Assembly: GCA_021787535.1 (NCBI GenBank)
Contig: JAJYLR010000001.1
Location: 301,501-365,500 of the forward strand
Reading direction: 5' to 3'
Source: a bacterium
GTDB lineage: Bacteria > Patescibacteriota > CPR2 > UBA1875 > JAJYID01
Length of the DNA: 64,000 nucleotides
In this document: positions 1-9,667 of the stretch, in pieces
Layout: the number at the start of each line of letters is the position of its first letter
Numbering within the stretch: the first letter of the stretch is position 1
Notes under the pieces: generated by a model
Databases searched by the model: none
What the model saw: only the letters and a program-made list of their open reading frames with translations
Told to the model about the DNA's origin: nothing
Position numbers and translations under genes: made by a program

Positions 1-2
1 AT

Positions 3-233
3 TCCTACTCAGGCGTAGCGAATCTTCTGAATGTTATAGATGGCGCTAAGGCGATTATTTTTATTAGTGAAAGAGAAGGCGGAATCATCAAAGTCTCGCT
101 TCGCACACGCGATGAAGGTGTTGACGTCCAGAAATTGGCTGGGATGCTTGGCGGCGGCGGGCATGTGAAAGCAAGTGGGTTTACCGTGAAGGGTAGAATT
201 CAAACGGTGGGTGGTCGGGTAAAAATTATTTAG
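3..233 (+). CDS. DHH/DHHA1 phosphoesterase (NrnA-like), C-terminal fragment; 5' end lies outside the window
   Basis: Frame-3 translation ends ...DEGVDVQKLAGMLGGGGHVKASGFTVKGRIQTVGGRVKII*; GGGH is the DHHA1 motif; stop at 231-233. Confidence 0.7.
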   Translation, partial: SYSGVANLLNVIDGAKAIIFISEREGGIIKVSLRTRDEGVDVQKLAGMLGGGGHVKASGFTVKGRIQTVGGRVKII

Positions 234-250
234 GACATTAATGATACATA

Positions 251-478
251 TGCTATAATCGAAATACTGAGGGCGATAGCCCTTTTTTGCACCCTAAGGA
301 AAGGAGTACGGGAAGAATCCCATCGTTTCCAGGGATTGGCTGTAAGCGAATCTTTGCCGCGGCAAAGAGGTAGCTTTCGAAAATCTCTTTGGCTTTGTAC
401 TGATGGGCAGGCCAGGAAGGAACGAGCCCCAAACCTTGCTGAGGCGGGTGTAAGGCTCCAAACTCTGGAGGTCTTAGA
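251..478 (+). promoter_or_regulatory. Putative promoter (-10 TATAAT at ~253) plus GC-rich structured leader upstream of the 479 ORF
   Basis: gctataat; then gggcgatagccc+T6 hairpin, ctttgccgcggcaaag palindrome and gaatccc/gggattgg hairpin; GC clearly above flanking DNA. Confidence 0.3.
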
Positions 479-1276
479 GTGACCACAAAAGATACTTTAG
501 TTCAGGTAACACAAGTTATACATGCTCTTCATGAAGGTATGTGGGGTTGGTTCTGTAAAAGCGAAGAAGAGTTCGAAGAGTATTTGGGTATCCTTGGTAC
601 TAGCACAGGTATCAGAGAAGTTGCTAAAGCCGCCCATTGGAGTCGGATGTCTTTGATCTACAGGAATGATACCGGTTTTACTCCCTGTTTTATTCCTCAC
701 AGGAACATCAAGGCCGGTAGCGCAATTGACTGGATTGTCGGAGGCATCTACCGTCCCAAGCTTGTGGACGAAAAAGTCAGGGTACCTGATGCTTCTCGCA
801 GGGATACCATTTGCCTCGCTGGTGATAGCCTCTGGAGGCATACTTACACTGGATCCTTCAAGAGTCCTATCAGAAGGGACAGTTGGATCAGGCCAACTGA
901 CATGATACCAGTCGAGCTCAAGGCTGAAAAGGAGGGCTTCCTTAGCCTGGTTTTTCATCATAACCAGTTCAACCGTCCGAAAGAAAACCTCTACCTTGTA
1001 AAGACTGAAAAGCTGATGTTTATAAAAGAGATAGAAGAGTTTCTTGAGGAAAGAAATCTTGAGTTTTCATGGTGCGCTGATGCGAAGTACCTCTTCGCTG
1101 CACTTGAAAGTTCTATCTCTACTGATTTCTTCCGCGAACTCTTCTATACAAGGTATGTTTTCGTCCAGAACTATGGGCTGAACATTTACTGGCCAGTTGC
1201 GGATAAGTGGATGGAGGAACAGAGGAGAACAAAAATCGGCAAAGGGGAATACCTCGTACTTCAAGACAAAAGCTAG
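479..1276 (+). CDS. hypothetical protein (265 aa)
   Basis: Long ORF followed by a terminator; I recognise no motif. Confidence 0.55.
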   Translation: MTTKDTLVQVTQVIHALHEGMWGWFCKSEEEFEEYLGILGTSTGIREVAKAAHWSRMSLIYRNDTGFTPCFIPHRNIKAGSAIDWIVGGIYRPKLVDEKVRVPDASRRDTICLAGDSLWRHTYTGSFKSPIRRDSWIRPTDMIPVELKAEKEGFLSLVFHHNQFNRPKENLYLVKTEKLMFIKEIEEFLEERNLEFSWCADAKYLFAALESSISTDFFRELFYTRYVFVQNYGLNIYWPVADKWMEEQRRTKIGKGEYLVLQDKS

Positions 1277-1293
1277 TGAAAGCTAGACTTATA

Positions 1294-1335
1294 AAACCCC
1301 CGCTTCGGTTTATCCGTTTGGCGGGGGTTTAAAAT
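1294..1335 (+). terminator. rho-independent terminator
   Basis: aacccccgc...gcgggggtt stem followed by a T-run. Confidence 0.65.
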
Positions 1336-1430
1336 TTATAAGTCCAAAATTCTGTAAAATTTTTTTCTAAAAAATTTCTTGCTTGCTTTTCAGGAAAATG
1401 GTAATATAATTTCAAAGAAAAGGAGCGCCC

Positions 1431-1814
1431 ATGGAGGGAGATCAAAAAGAGAAAATACTTATTATCGAAGACGATCGTTTTATTGCCAAGATGTACCAAA
1501 CGAAACTCGGATTAGAGGGTTACACGGTTGAGGTAGCTGAAAACGGGGCTATTGGTATAGAAAAAATCAAGAGTTTTTCTCCGGACCTTGTGCTTCTTGA
1601 TATTATTATGCCGGAAGTGGACGGCTTTCAAGTCTTGGAAACCATTCGGGACGATCCTACCATCAACTCAACCCCTGTGATTGTTATGAGCAACTTGGCT
1701 CAAGAAGATCATTTAAAACGGGCGCGGGCGTTGGGTGCTAAAGATTATATCGTGAAAAGTCAACTTACTCCTGCAGATGTTGTAAAGAAAATTAAAGAAA
1801 CATTGGCGAAGTAG
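1431..1814 (+). CDS. single-domain response regulator (CheY/DivK-like receiver)
   Basis: KILIIEDD, LVLLDIIMP, T/S and K signature positions; RBS aaaggag; 127 aa. Confidence 0.9.
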   Translation: MEGDQKEKILIIEDDRFIAKMYQTKLGLEGYTVEVAENGAIGIEKIKSFSPDLVLLDIIMPEVDGFQVLETIRDDPTINSTPVIVMSNLAQEDHLKRARALGAKDYIVKSQLTPADVVKKIKETLAK

Positions 1815-1882
1815 CAAGTTTTGTGCTGTATTATTAGAAGATAAATTATTTAAAAAATCAGCAATGGCTGATTTTTTTGACT

Positions 1883-1995
1883 GTCATGCTGAGTGAAGCG
1901 AAAGCGCAATCAAGGAATGCCTTAGTATTGTGAATAGCGAATGAAAGGGATTTCTTCGCTCACTTTGAAAGACGAGTATCGGTCGAAATGACAAA
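1883..1995. repeat. MITE-like palindromic element E1 (~113 bp) with TGTCAT...ATGACAAA termini
   Basis: tgtcatgctgag...agggatttcttcgctc...tcggtcgaaatgacaaa; same termini and internal blocks as the element at 60186-60326. Confidence 0.5.
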
Positions 1996-2019
1996 CCCAG
2001 GGGTAAAATTTTTTTGATC

Positions 2020-2970
2020 TTATCCTAAAATACTCCCTACAATATTTCGATAACCCCTTATAAATTCCTCGGCTGTCATAGCTTTTTTCCCTTCGAGTTG
2101 AAGTTTTCTAACTATCAGAATACCTTTTCCGGTTTGAATGCCATATACTTGATTGATTTTTAGGAAAATTCCCGGTTCTTCTTTAGAATTTTCATTTAAT
2201 ACCTCTGCTTTCAGGATTTTCAGCATTTTTCCGTTCCAGAAAGTGTAGGTGCTCGGCCAAGGCGTGTAAGCTCTGACTTTACGTTCAATGGTTTCCGCCG
2301 ATTCGCTCCAATTGATTAGGCCGTCTGACTTTTTGATTATTTTTGAATAAGTGGCTTTTGCGCGGTCTTGTTTTTTCGGAGTGATTTTCCCTTGAATATA
2401 ATCAATGATTACATTTTCTATTTTTTGCGACGCAAGATTAAGCAATTTATTTCTAAGAGTTACCGAGTCTTCGCTGCCATCTAAACTAATACTTTGTTGA
2501 TATAAAATATCTCCTTCATCTACTCCTTGCATAACTTTTTGGATGACAAACCCTGTTTTTTTATCGCCATTTAATATTGTGGATTGGACAGGCGCAGTGC
2601 CCCTGTAAGTAGGTAAAAGAGAATAGTGTATATTTATAAAACCGTATTTGGGGATTTTAAGCGTTTCTTCTGTAATGATAACACCAAGAGAGGATACAAC
2701 CACTAAGTCTGGTTTTATTTTTTGAACCGCCTTCAAAAGATCGGACTTACCGTCTATCTCAAAGGTTGGTATATTTCTAGATTTGGCTAATATTTTAACA
2801 GTAGGTTTTGTAGTTTTTACACTCTGTCCTAATGGTTCATTTTTTTTTGTAATTAAAGTTAAATTATCAAATTTTTCCACCAGGGATTCAAAAATCGGCT
2901 CGGCATATGGACCAGAACCGGCAAAGGCGAGTCTCAAATTATTATTTGGATTTTTTAATGTCATTTGCAT
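2020..2970 (-). CDS. fmt: methionyl-tRNA formyltransferase
   Basis: NIHYSLLPTYRG motif; overlaps def as in def-fmt operons. Confidence 0.9.
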   Translation of the reverse strand: MQMTLKNPNNNLRLAFAGSGPYAEPIFESLVEKFDNLTLITKKNEPLGQSVKTTKPTVKILAKSRNIPTFEIDGKSDLLKAVQKIKPDLVVVSSLGVIITEETLKIPKYGFINIHYSLLPTYRGTAPVQSTILNGDKKTGFVIQKVMQGVDEGDILYQQSISLDGSEDSVTLRNKLLNLASQKIENVIIDYIQGKITPKKQDRAKATYSKIIKKSDGLINWSESAETIERKVRAYTPWPSTYTFWNGKMLKILKAEVLNENSKEEPGIFLKINQVYGIQTGKGILIVRKLQLEGKKAMTAEEFIRGYRNIVGSILG

Positions 2971-3478
2971 CTGCCTTTCTGAGTTTCTTTTTGTCGCTGA
3001 TTTTATCTATGAAAAGTATGCCGTTTAAATGGTCGATTTCGTGCTGGAAAATGCGAGCCAAAAGCCCCGAAGCATTAATCTTAATCTTTTTACCTTTTTC
3101 ATTGAGCGCTTCGAGACGGACTTTTTTAGGTCTTATCACGGGTCCGTAAAGATTGGGACATGATAAACAACCCTCTTCAAGCTCAATTGTCTCTTTAGAA
3201 AACTTAACAATCTCGGGATTTATATAGGCGGTTAGTGGAATGGCTTTTTGAATGACTTTACCTTTTTCATCCCTCTGCTCATTTACCCTGACTAATATTA
3301 TTCTTACGCTTTTACCGATTTGAGGTGCGGCAATAGCGAGCCCCTCTATTTCAGAGTTCTCTAAAGCCGAGGTCATTTCTCCTATCGTTTTTTTAACCTC
3401 ATCATTTACTTTTTCCGCTCTTTTGGCCTTTCGCCGCAATATTGGGCTCGGCTCAGTTAAGATTTCCACTTTTTTCAT
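2942..3478 (-). CDS. def: peptide deformylase
   Basis: EGCLS and HEIDHL metal-binding motifs. Confidence 0.9.
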   Translation of the reverse strand: MKKVEILTEPSPILRRKAKRAEKVNDEVKKTIGEMTSALENSEIEGLAIAAPQIGKSVRIILVRVNEQRDEKGKVIQKAIPLTAYINPEIVKFSKETIELEEGCLSCPNLYGPVIRPKKVRLEALNEKGKKIKINASGLLARIFQHEIDHLNGILFIDKISDKKKLRKADANDIKKSK

Positions 3479-5478
3479 ACCAGTCCTTGGGGATTAACAT
3501 CTATTTTCCATTTGGAACTAGTATATTTTACCACTTTTTCCGTGAACTCATCAAGATTTTCCTTTCCTTGAACCTTTAAAAGTATCTGCCAGCGATATTT
3601 ACCGTCTATTTTTGGTAAAAAAGCAGGGGAGGGTCCGACGAGTTCCACACCTTTCCCGTTCTTAATAATCTTCTGGATAATTTCTTTACTCATATTGCGG
3701 GATTCTTCCTCGCATTTTGCCGGATCTTTGTCTGAAAAAAGAAGATGTATGAGATTGGAATAAGGAGGATAGGAGAGCTCTTTTCTTTTGGGCAGCTCGC
3801 TCTCGTAGAAGGATTTATAGTCATGTTTGGCCGCCATTTTTAAGATAGGATTATCCGGATTGTAGGTTTGAAGTATTACCCGCCCGCGCTTTTTTCCCCG
3901 ACCGGTTCGTCCCGCCACCTGCATGATTAGAGAAAAGGCATGTTCGGAGGCGCGGAAGTCCGGTATATTTAGCATATTATCAGCTGAGATAATACCAACC
4001 AGATCGACATTTGGCAAATCCCATCCTTTGGCTATCATTTGGGTGCCGATCAGGATATCAAAACTTTTGTTCTTAAATTCTTCGTAGATATTCGCATGAT
4101 TTTTTCGAACCGAGTCGGCATCCATTCTTCTGACTCGTGCATTCGGAAAAAGACGCTTCACTTCCGACTCTATCTTCTGGGTGCCTTTGCCAAAGTATTT
4201 TATTGCATGAGATTTACATTTCGGACACACGGTCGGCACCACGGTTTTATAGTCGCAATGATGGCAGAAGAGGCCACTAACCTTGTCATTCCCGCGCAGG
4301 CGGGAATCTGTTATTTCGTGGTAAACAAGGGGGATTTCACAGTTTGGACATGTGACGACATACCCGCAGTCACGGCAGGAAACGAATGTTGAGAAACCCC
4401 GCCGGTTTATGAAAAGCACGGCTTGCCGGCTTTCCTGTAAGACATTTTCAATTTCTTCCTGAAGTTTCTCTGACAAGACAGATTTGTTTCCATACTGAAA
4501 CTCCTGAGCCATGTTGACAATTTGTACTTCAGGCATTTTGTCCTGGATATATCTTTCTTTCAGTTCATGAAATATGTACTTGCCGTTTTTTGCATAAAAA
4601 AATGTTTCAAATGATGGTGTGGCACTTCCCATTATTAAATATGTGCCTGTAACCTCACTAATTTTTTCGGCAACCTCGCGAGTTAGGTATCTGGGATTTT
4701 TATCTTGTTTGTAGCTGGTTTCATGCTCCTCGTCAATAACGATTAAACCAAGATTATAAAAGGGTAAGTATAGGGCGCTTCTGGAACCGATAACAATGTT
4801 TTTTTTGCCGCCTGCAACCTCTTTCCAGACCAGCGCTCTCTCGGTTTCTTTGAGGTAGCTGTGATAAAGCGCTACCTGGCCGGGAAATTTTTCCTCAAAT
4901 CTTGCGACCGTTTGAGGTGTCAAGGCAACTTCAGGCACTAGAATGATGGCCTGTTTGCCCGAAGAGATTACTTTCTCCAAAACTTCTAAATAAACTTCTG
5001 TTTTGCCTGATCCTGTGACGCCGAAAATCAGGTGCGGTTTATCCGGATGGGCCAGGATCACTCCGGCGATTTTCTTCTGATCCTCGGTGAGCAAATGGCT
5101 TTTTCTGATCCGGCGGCGAAATTTCTGAGACTCAGATATCCTTCTTTTTTTCAAAACGCCGGTTGGCAGGATAGTTTTTACGATTTCTGAAACAGGTGAA
5201 GCGTAGCGGTCGCGAAGCCAAGGGATTAGCTCGATTAAATGTTTCGGCAAGGGTTCACTCAAAACGGCCGTAATTTCTTTTGTATCAAACTCTGGCTTAG
5301 CTACAAAATCCAAAACTATCCCCGCGGATTTTTTACCGCGAAAAGAAAGAGAGACAATCTGGCCCGGTTTTATTTCATTTTCTAATTCATGAGGCACGGC
5401 ATAGGTAAAAAAATCTTTATTCCCGCTCGGCGCCGCCACAGCGCATAAAACATATTTCATAGCTTTATTATAAATCAC
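3475..5478 (-). CDS. priA: primosomal protein N' (replication restart helicase PriA)
   Basis: GVTGSGKTEVY Walker A, DEEH box, Cys4-Cys4 zinc-binding region. Confidence 0.9.
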   Translation of the reverse strand: MIYNKAMKYVLCAVAAPSGNKDFFTYAVPHELENEIKPGQIVSLSFRGKKSAGIVLDFVAKPEFDTKEITAVLSEPLPKHLIELIPWLRDRYASPVSEIVKTILPTGVLKKRRISESQKFRRRIRKSHLLTEDQKKIAGVILAHPDKPHLIFGVTGSGKTEVYLEVLEKVISSGKQAIILVPEVALTPQTVARFEEKFPGQVALYHSYLKETERALVWKEVAGGKKNIVIGSRSALYLPFYNLGLIVIDEEHETSYKQDKNPRYLTREVAEKISEVTGTYLIMGSATPSFETFFYAKNGKYIFHELKERYIQDKMPEVQIVNMAQEFQYGNKSVLSEKLQEEIENVLQESRQAVLFINRRGFSTFVSCRDCGYVVTCPNCEIPLVYHEITDSRLRGNDKVSGLFCHHCDYKTVVPTVCPKCKSHAIKYFGKGTQKIESEVKRLFPNARVRRMDADSVRKNHANIYEEFKNKSFDILIGTQMIAKGWDLPNVDLVGIISADNMLNIPDFRASEHAFSLIMQVAGRTGRGKKRGRVILQTYNPDNPILKMAAKHDYKSFYESELPKRKELSYPPYSNLIHLLFSDKDPAKCEEESRNMSKEIIQKIIKNGKGVELVGPSPAFLPKIDGKYRWQILLKVQGKENLDEFTEKVVKYTSSKWKIDVNPQGLV
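4284..4309 (-). repeat. Palindromic hairpin repeat copy inserted in frame in the priA zinc-finger region
   Basis: tgtcattcccgcgcaggcgggaatc; encodes DSRLRGNDK on the minus strand. Confidence 0.55.
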
Positions 5479-5788
5479 TGAGTACTTTACAGTAAACCCG
5501 ACTACATCAAGATTGTCGATTAATGGCAGAAGAAAATCACTATGCTAATACATATTAGTGTAGTAGTCCGCCACTTACTTGAACTAAACTAAAGTAGTTT
5601 ATTGAAAGCGCTAATATTAACTACATCGATTTAGTTTTTTTGGGGTGGCTGAGGATTGAGTTTATATTACCTTAACCAAAATGTTTCATAAAAAACCGTT
5701 TTTTATGATAAAATACCCATAAGCGTTAGAATAATAGCCGGAGGTGTCCGGATTTTTTTATCAAACGGGGAACTTGAAGGGAGGGAAA

Positions 5789-5929
5789 ATGAGATCGGAA
5801 TCAACAGCATCCGCCCGGAACAATGAAGCAGGAGAAATTGATTGGCTGAGGGTTTTATTTCTTGGGTTATTAGGCATCTATGTTCTTGGCGTAGCCATAG
5901 GCATTCCGTTTCTTTTCCTGGCGACATAA
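5789..5929 (+). CDS. small membrane peptide (46 aa)
   Basis: RBS gggaggg 6 nt upstream of ATG; hydrophobic C-terminal helix; higher GC than surroundings. Confidence 0.4.
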   Translation: MRSESTASARNNEAGEIDWLRVLFLGLLGIYVLGVAIGIPFLFLAT

Positions 5930-5943
5930 CAAAGGAGATCAAA

Positions 5944-6126
5944 ATGGCAAAAGCGAAATGTCCGATACCGAAGACAGACAAGAAGGAACTTAAGGCATTC
6001 CGATTTGAAGGGCTGGACGGCGCTTGTCTGGCCGCGGGATGCGGCCGGAATTATCTCTATAGAGAGGGGAGATCTTTTCCGGGCGGTTGTCTGTTGAAAC
6101 AAAAATGGCAGTTTACACCAGTTTAA
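5944..6126 (+). CDS. small Cys-rich protein (60 aa)
   Basis: RBS aaggag; CPIP...C..AGCG...GGC cysteine pattern. Confidence 0.4.
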   Translation: MAKAKCPIPKTDKKELKAFRFEGLDGACLAAGCGRNYLYREGRSFPGGCLLKQKWQFTPV

Positions 6127-6147
6127 CCTAAGAGAAAGGAATTTCCG

Positions 6148-6321
6148 ATGTGCAGAAACTGTTTAGAGCCATTAGGCCAATGCGAAAAAAGCGGTTCCAA
6201 AGAGACGGTTTCAAAGTCTTCGGCTGCAATCGGCGCTCTCGTTATCTTCGCCATATTTGCGGCTTTCTGTCTTGTTGCAATTTACGCTGACCTTGGAGTT
6301 TTCTGGGGGCCGTCGAGGTAA
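6148..6321 (+). CDS. small protein (57 aa) with N-terminal CxxC...C and a C-terminal TM helix; absent from the ORF track
   Basis: RBS aaagga; MCRNCLEPLGQCEK then AIGALVIFAIFAAFCLVAIY. Confidence 0.35.
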   Translation: MCRNCLEPLGQCEKSGSKETVSKSSAAIGALVIFAIFAAFCLVAIYADLGVFWGPSR

Positions 6322-6358
6322 GAAACGTTCTATAATCTAAGTTAATTGAGGTGTTGCC

Positions 6359-6766
6359 GTGAAGAGCGCGATGCAGACTTATAAGCCCCTGCTTAAACTG
6401 CCGACAACTGTAATTCGGTTTAAAGCCATTGCGAGCGAGGATCTCACAAGGGCATTACACAACGTCTTTGCTTCTTTGCCGAAGCCGCATGAGGTTGGTG
6501 CCTGGTTAGCTACAGGTATCTCAAGACAAGGCATAAGCTTTGCCGAGTTACAGAAAGATCTTGCCGATACCGGCATTAACGAGGTTGATGTCTATGAAGG
6601 TAGCTGGACGGTTCTGCTCACCAGAAATTCCAGACGGTGGTTTCTCCATAACCCCGAAACCATGGAGTGGATTGTCTGCTTCCCAGGCGGGTCAAACGGC
6701 GCAGCCAGAGAGTTATATCATGCGATTGCCTGGCGGGATGATATCGAGATTACCGAAATAAGGTAA
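6359..6766 (+). CDS. hypothetical protein (135 aa), GTG start
   Basis: ORF with RBS ttgaggtg; same higher-GC block as the three peptides upstream. Confidence 0.5.
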   Translation: MKSAMQTYKPLLKLPTTVIRFKAIASEDLTRALHNVFASLPKPHEVGAWLATGISRQGISFAELQKDLADTGINEVDVYEGSWTVLLTRNSRRWFLHNPETMEWIVCFPGGSNGAARELYHAIAWRDDIEITEIR

Positions 6767-6905
6767 TTTTCATCAAATGCGCAATCTTAGGGCGGTGCTC
6801 TTTAAGAACATCGCCCATTTTCTTTACTTCAAGTAAAATTTACGCTACAATTTTGCATTAGTTGATAAGTTTTTAGTTGGTAAGTTACTAAGTTGTAAAA
6901 GGAAT

Positions 6906-6929
6906 GATTCTGGACAAGCCAGAATGACG
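6906..6929 (+). repeat. palindromic hairpin repeat (ATTCTGG/CCAGAAT variant)
   Basis: gattctggacaagccagaatgacg; identical core at 19969 and 43751. Confidence 0.5.
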
Positions 6930-6995
6930 TGGTTTGAGGTCGGATATTAAATTTCAGGATTCGGATTTCAAACTACGATGAGAATAAATTAAGAG

Positions 6996-8336
6996 ATGAA
7001 AAAGCGAAGGAATTGGATTAAGGTTGTTTTAATAGCGCTGCTTTTGGCAGCGGCTCTTGTTGTTGATTGGCCGGGAAAGGGTATACATATTACCTTTAAG
7101 CCGCTTCATATCGACTTGAAAGGCCCCGACTTTAAAATCAAACAAGGTCTCGATCTGCAGGGCGGGACGTCCATTACTTATAATGCCGATCTATCAAAAA
7201 CTCCAGCAAGCGAAAAACAGAATGCTATGGAATCGCTCCGAAAAGTAATTGAAAACCGAGTTAATGAATTCGGAGTGACAGAGCCGGTTATCCAGACTAC
7301 GAAAATGGGCGGACAGGACCAAATTACCGTGGAGCTTCCGGGGGTGAAGGATGTGAATCAGGCAATGGATCTGATCGGAAAAACTGCCCAGCTTGATTTC
7401 AAAGAATTAAGTTCTCAGGGTACACCCGAGAGTTTTGGTCTTACCGGCAAAGATCTAAAAAGCGCATCCCAGACTTTCGATCCCAATACGAACCAGCCGG
7501 AAGTTTCTATAGTCTTTAACTCGGACGGAGCGAAGAAATTCGAAGACGCTACGGCTCAAAATGTCGGCAAGCCGATTTACATCTTGCTTGACGGGCAGAT
7601 TATCTCCGCGCCGAAAGTAAATGAGAAAATATCAGGCGGGCGGGCGGTTATAACCGGCCAATTTGACGTTAAGGAGGCAAAGAATTTGGCGATACAGCTA
7701 AATGCCGGTGCGCTTCCCGTACCGATTCACATCGCCCAGCAGCAGACAGTCGGCGCGACACTGGGCCAGCAGGCGATTAAAGCGAGTCTTTTTGCCGGAG
7801 TGTTGGGAGTGATTCTAGTCATGCTCTTTATGGCGCTTTACTACCGCCTGCCCGGACTCGTGGCTGACGCCTCGCTGGTTTTATATGCGATTTTCGTTTT
7901 GGCTATTTTCAAAGTTCTGGCCATTACCCTTACCTTAGCCGGGGTGGCGGCATTTATTTTATCAATCGGTATGGCGGTGGACGCAAATGTTCTGATATTC
8001 GAGCGGATGAAAGAGGAGCTGCATCACGGCAAAAGCTTGAACGCTGCCGTTGAGACAGGGTTTAAACGCGCCTGGACGGCAATCCGCGACTCGAATCTGG
8101 CAAGTATTATTACGGCTTCAATCCTATTTTTATTCGGTTCCGGAACTATCAAGGGCTTTGCGGTTGTCCTTATTATCGGAGTTCTCGTCAGTATGTTTAC
8201 GGCCGTCAATGTGACTAGAACATTCCTTCGAATCGTTATTAAACAAAAGTTTCTGACATCGCCGAAGTTTTATCTGGGAGCAGGAAAGGAGACAGACCCC
8301 ACTTCATTTAAAAAATTACGCGGGGCGGGCAAATGA
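6996..8336 (+). CDS. secD: protein translocase subunit SecD
   Basis: Signal-anchor, large periplasmic domain, C-terminal 6-TM bundle; ATGA overlap with secF. Confidence 0.9.
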   Translation: MKKRRNWIKVVLIALLLAAALVVDWPGKGIHITFKPLHIDLKGPDFKIKQGLDLQGGTSITYNADLSKTPASEKQNAMESLRKVIENRVNEFGVTEPVIQTTKMGGQDQITVELPGVKDVNQAMDLIGKTAQLDFKELSSQGTPESFGLTGKDLKSASQTFDPNTNQPEVSIVFNSDGAKKFEDATAQNVGKPIYILLDGQIISAPKVNEKISGGRAVITGQFDVKEAKNLAIQLNAGALPVPIHIAQQQTVGATLGQQAIKASLFAGVLGVILVMLFMALYYRLPGLVADASLVLYAIFVLAIFKVLAITLTLAGVAAFILSIGMAVDANVLIFERMKEELHHGKSLNAAVETGFKRAWTAIRDSNLASIITASILFLFGSGTIKGFAVVLIIGVLVSMFTAVNVTRTFLRIVIKQKFLTSPKFYLGAGKETDPTSFKKLRGAGK

Positions 8337-9217
8337 ATATTATGAAATATAGGAAAATATGGTTCGGGATATCGCTGGCAATAATTGTGCCGGGCGTTAT
8401 ATCCATGTTTCTTTGGGGACTCCGGCTCGGCATTGACTTCACCGGCGGCTCGATGATGGAAATAAAGGGCAGCCAGGATATCGCAAAAGTTACTTCAATT
8501 GTAAGGGGCGATGGAGTGGAAGTTTCATCCGTTCAGAAAACAGGCGCAAACTCGTTGATTGTCCGTACCAAAGAAATGTCTGAAGCGAAACATAGAGATG
8601 TGAAGAAAAAGCTGTCGGATGCGCTCAAAGTCCAGGAAACGCAGTATGAAACAGTGGGTCCGACTGTGTCCAAGGATCTTACCATGAAAGCTTTCGAGCT
8701 GATCGCCTTTGCTTCGGTATTAATCGTTCTCTTTCTTGCATATTCATTTAGAAAGGTTCCCAAGCCTGTCAGTTCCTGGCAGTTTGGTGTCTGCGCTATC
8801 ATCGCTCTCCTCCATGACGTACTTGTGATGCTTGGCGTCTTCTCTATTCTCGGCCATTTTCTAGGCATTGAAATAGACAGCATGTTTGTGGTGGCGGCGC
8901 TTACCGTGATCGGATTTTCGGTGCATGATACAATCGTGGTATTTGACAGAATTCGGGAGAATTTAATAAAGCGCGGATCGGACGACTTTGAAGAGTTGGC
9001 CAATGACAGTGTGCTCGAGACATTCTCGAGATCTTTAAATACATCATTTCTGACATTCCTGGTTCTTCTGACTCTCTTTCTGCTAGGCGGGGAGAGTACC
9101 CGGATCTTTGTGCTTGCGCTTCTGGTCGGCATTGCCACCGGAACTTACTCATCGATTTTCAATGCCTCGCCGATGCTTGTGGTCTGGCAAAACTGGAAAA
9201 CAAAGAGAAACAAGTAA
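8333..9217 (+). CDS. secF: protein translocase subunit SecF
   Basis: LGIDFTGG motif and TM topology. Confidence 0.9.
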   Translation: MNIMKYRKIWFGISLAIIVPGVISMFLWGLRLGIDFTGGSMMEIKGSQDIAKVTSIVRGDGVEVSSVQKTGANSLIVRTKEMSEAKHRDVKKKLSDALKVQETQYETVGPTVSKDLTMKAFELIAFASVLIVLFLAYSFRKVPKPVSSWQFGVCAIIALLHDVLVMLGVFSILGHFLGIEIDSMFVVAALTVIGFSVHDTIVVFDRIRENLIKRGSDDFEELANDSVLETFSRSLNTSFLTFLVLLTLFLLGGESTRIFVLALLVGIATGTYSSIFNASPMLVVWQNWKTKRNK

Positions 9218-9283
9218 TTTTAAAGTGAAAACCGTGACTCATGCCACGGTTTTTTACAATATTTATCGACTTTTAGCGGTATG

Positions 9284-9547
9284 TTATACCGCAACTAGCG
9301 TACTGCCTGGTATTAAATTACAGTTTGCGTATATTTCAGGGACTAATCCTTGATATTCTACGCTTCCAGACAGCAGTGTTTTGCGGACAATCTTCTCAAC
9401 GAGCGGCTGCAAATAGTTTGACATGGTTGTAAATCCTTTGCCAACAGGCATTCCATCAAATTCCTCTTGCGAGATGATAATATCAAAAATTTGACAGCCT
9501 TGCTCCTTGAGTGGCCGGCATCGCACTCGAATAAACTTGCCTTCCAT
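9284..9547 (-). CDS. hypothetical protein (87 aa)
   Basis: RBS gggaggtgg upstream of ATG on the minus strand. Confidence 0.45.
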   Translation of the reverse strand: MEGKFIRVRCRPLKEQGCQIFDIIISQEEFDGMPVGKGFTTMSNYLQPLVEKIVRKTLLSGSVEYQGLVPEIYANCNLIPGSTLVAV

Positions 9548-9610
9548 AGGTACCCACCTCCCAAATTGAAGTCTTCCAAGTCTATTATAAATTTAGAAAT
9601 TTGTAAAGAT

Positions 9611-9651
9611 TTTTATAAAAGCGAAACCCCGGCGCGATGTTGCCGCCGGGG
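9611..9651 (-). terminator. rho-independent terminator (minus strand)
   Basis: ccccggcg...cgccgggg stem with a U-run on the minus strand. Confidence 0.6.
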
Positions 9652-9667
9652 CATCTGGTTATATAGT

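Noticed and set aside
497-961. Minus-strand ORFs embedded in annotated genes (e.g. 497-961, 8533-9138, 30518-30943, 21602-21979, 42382-42789)
   Set aside because: They lie antisense inside well-supported genes, have no RBS, and their composition merely mirrors the sense-strand codons. They are treated as spurious.
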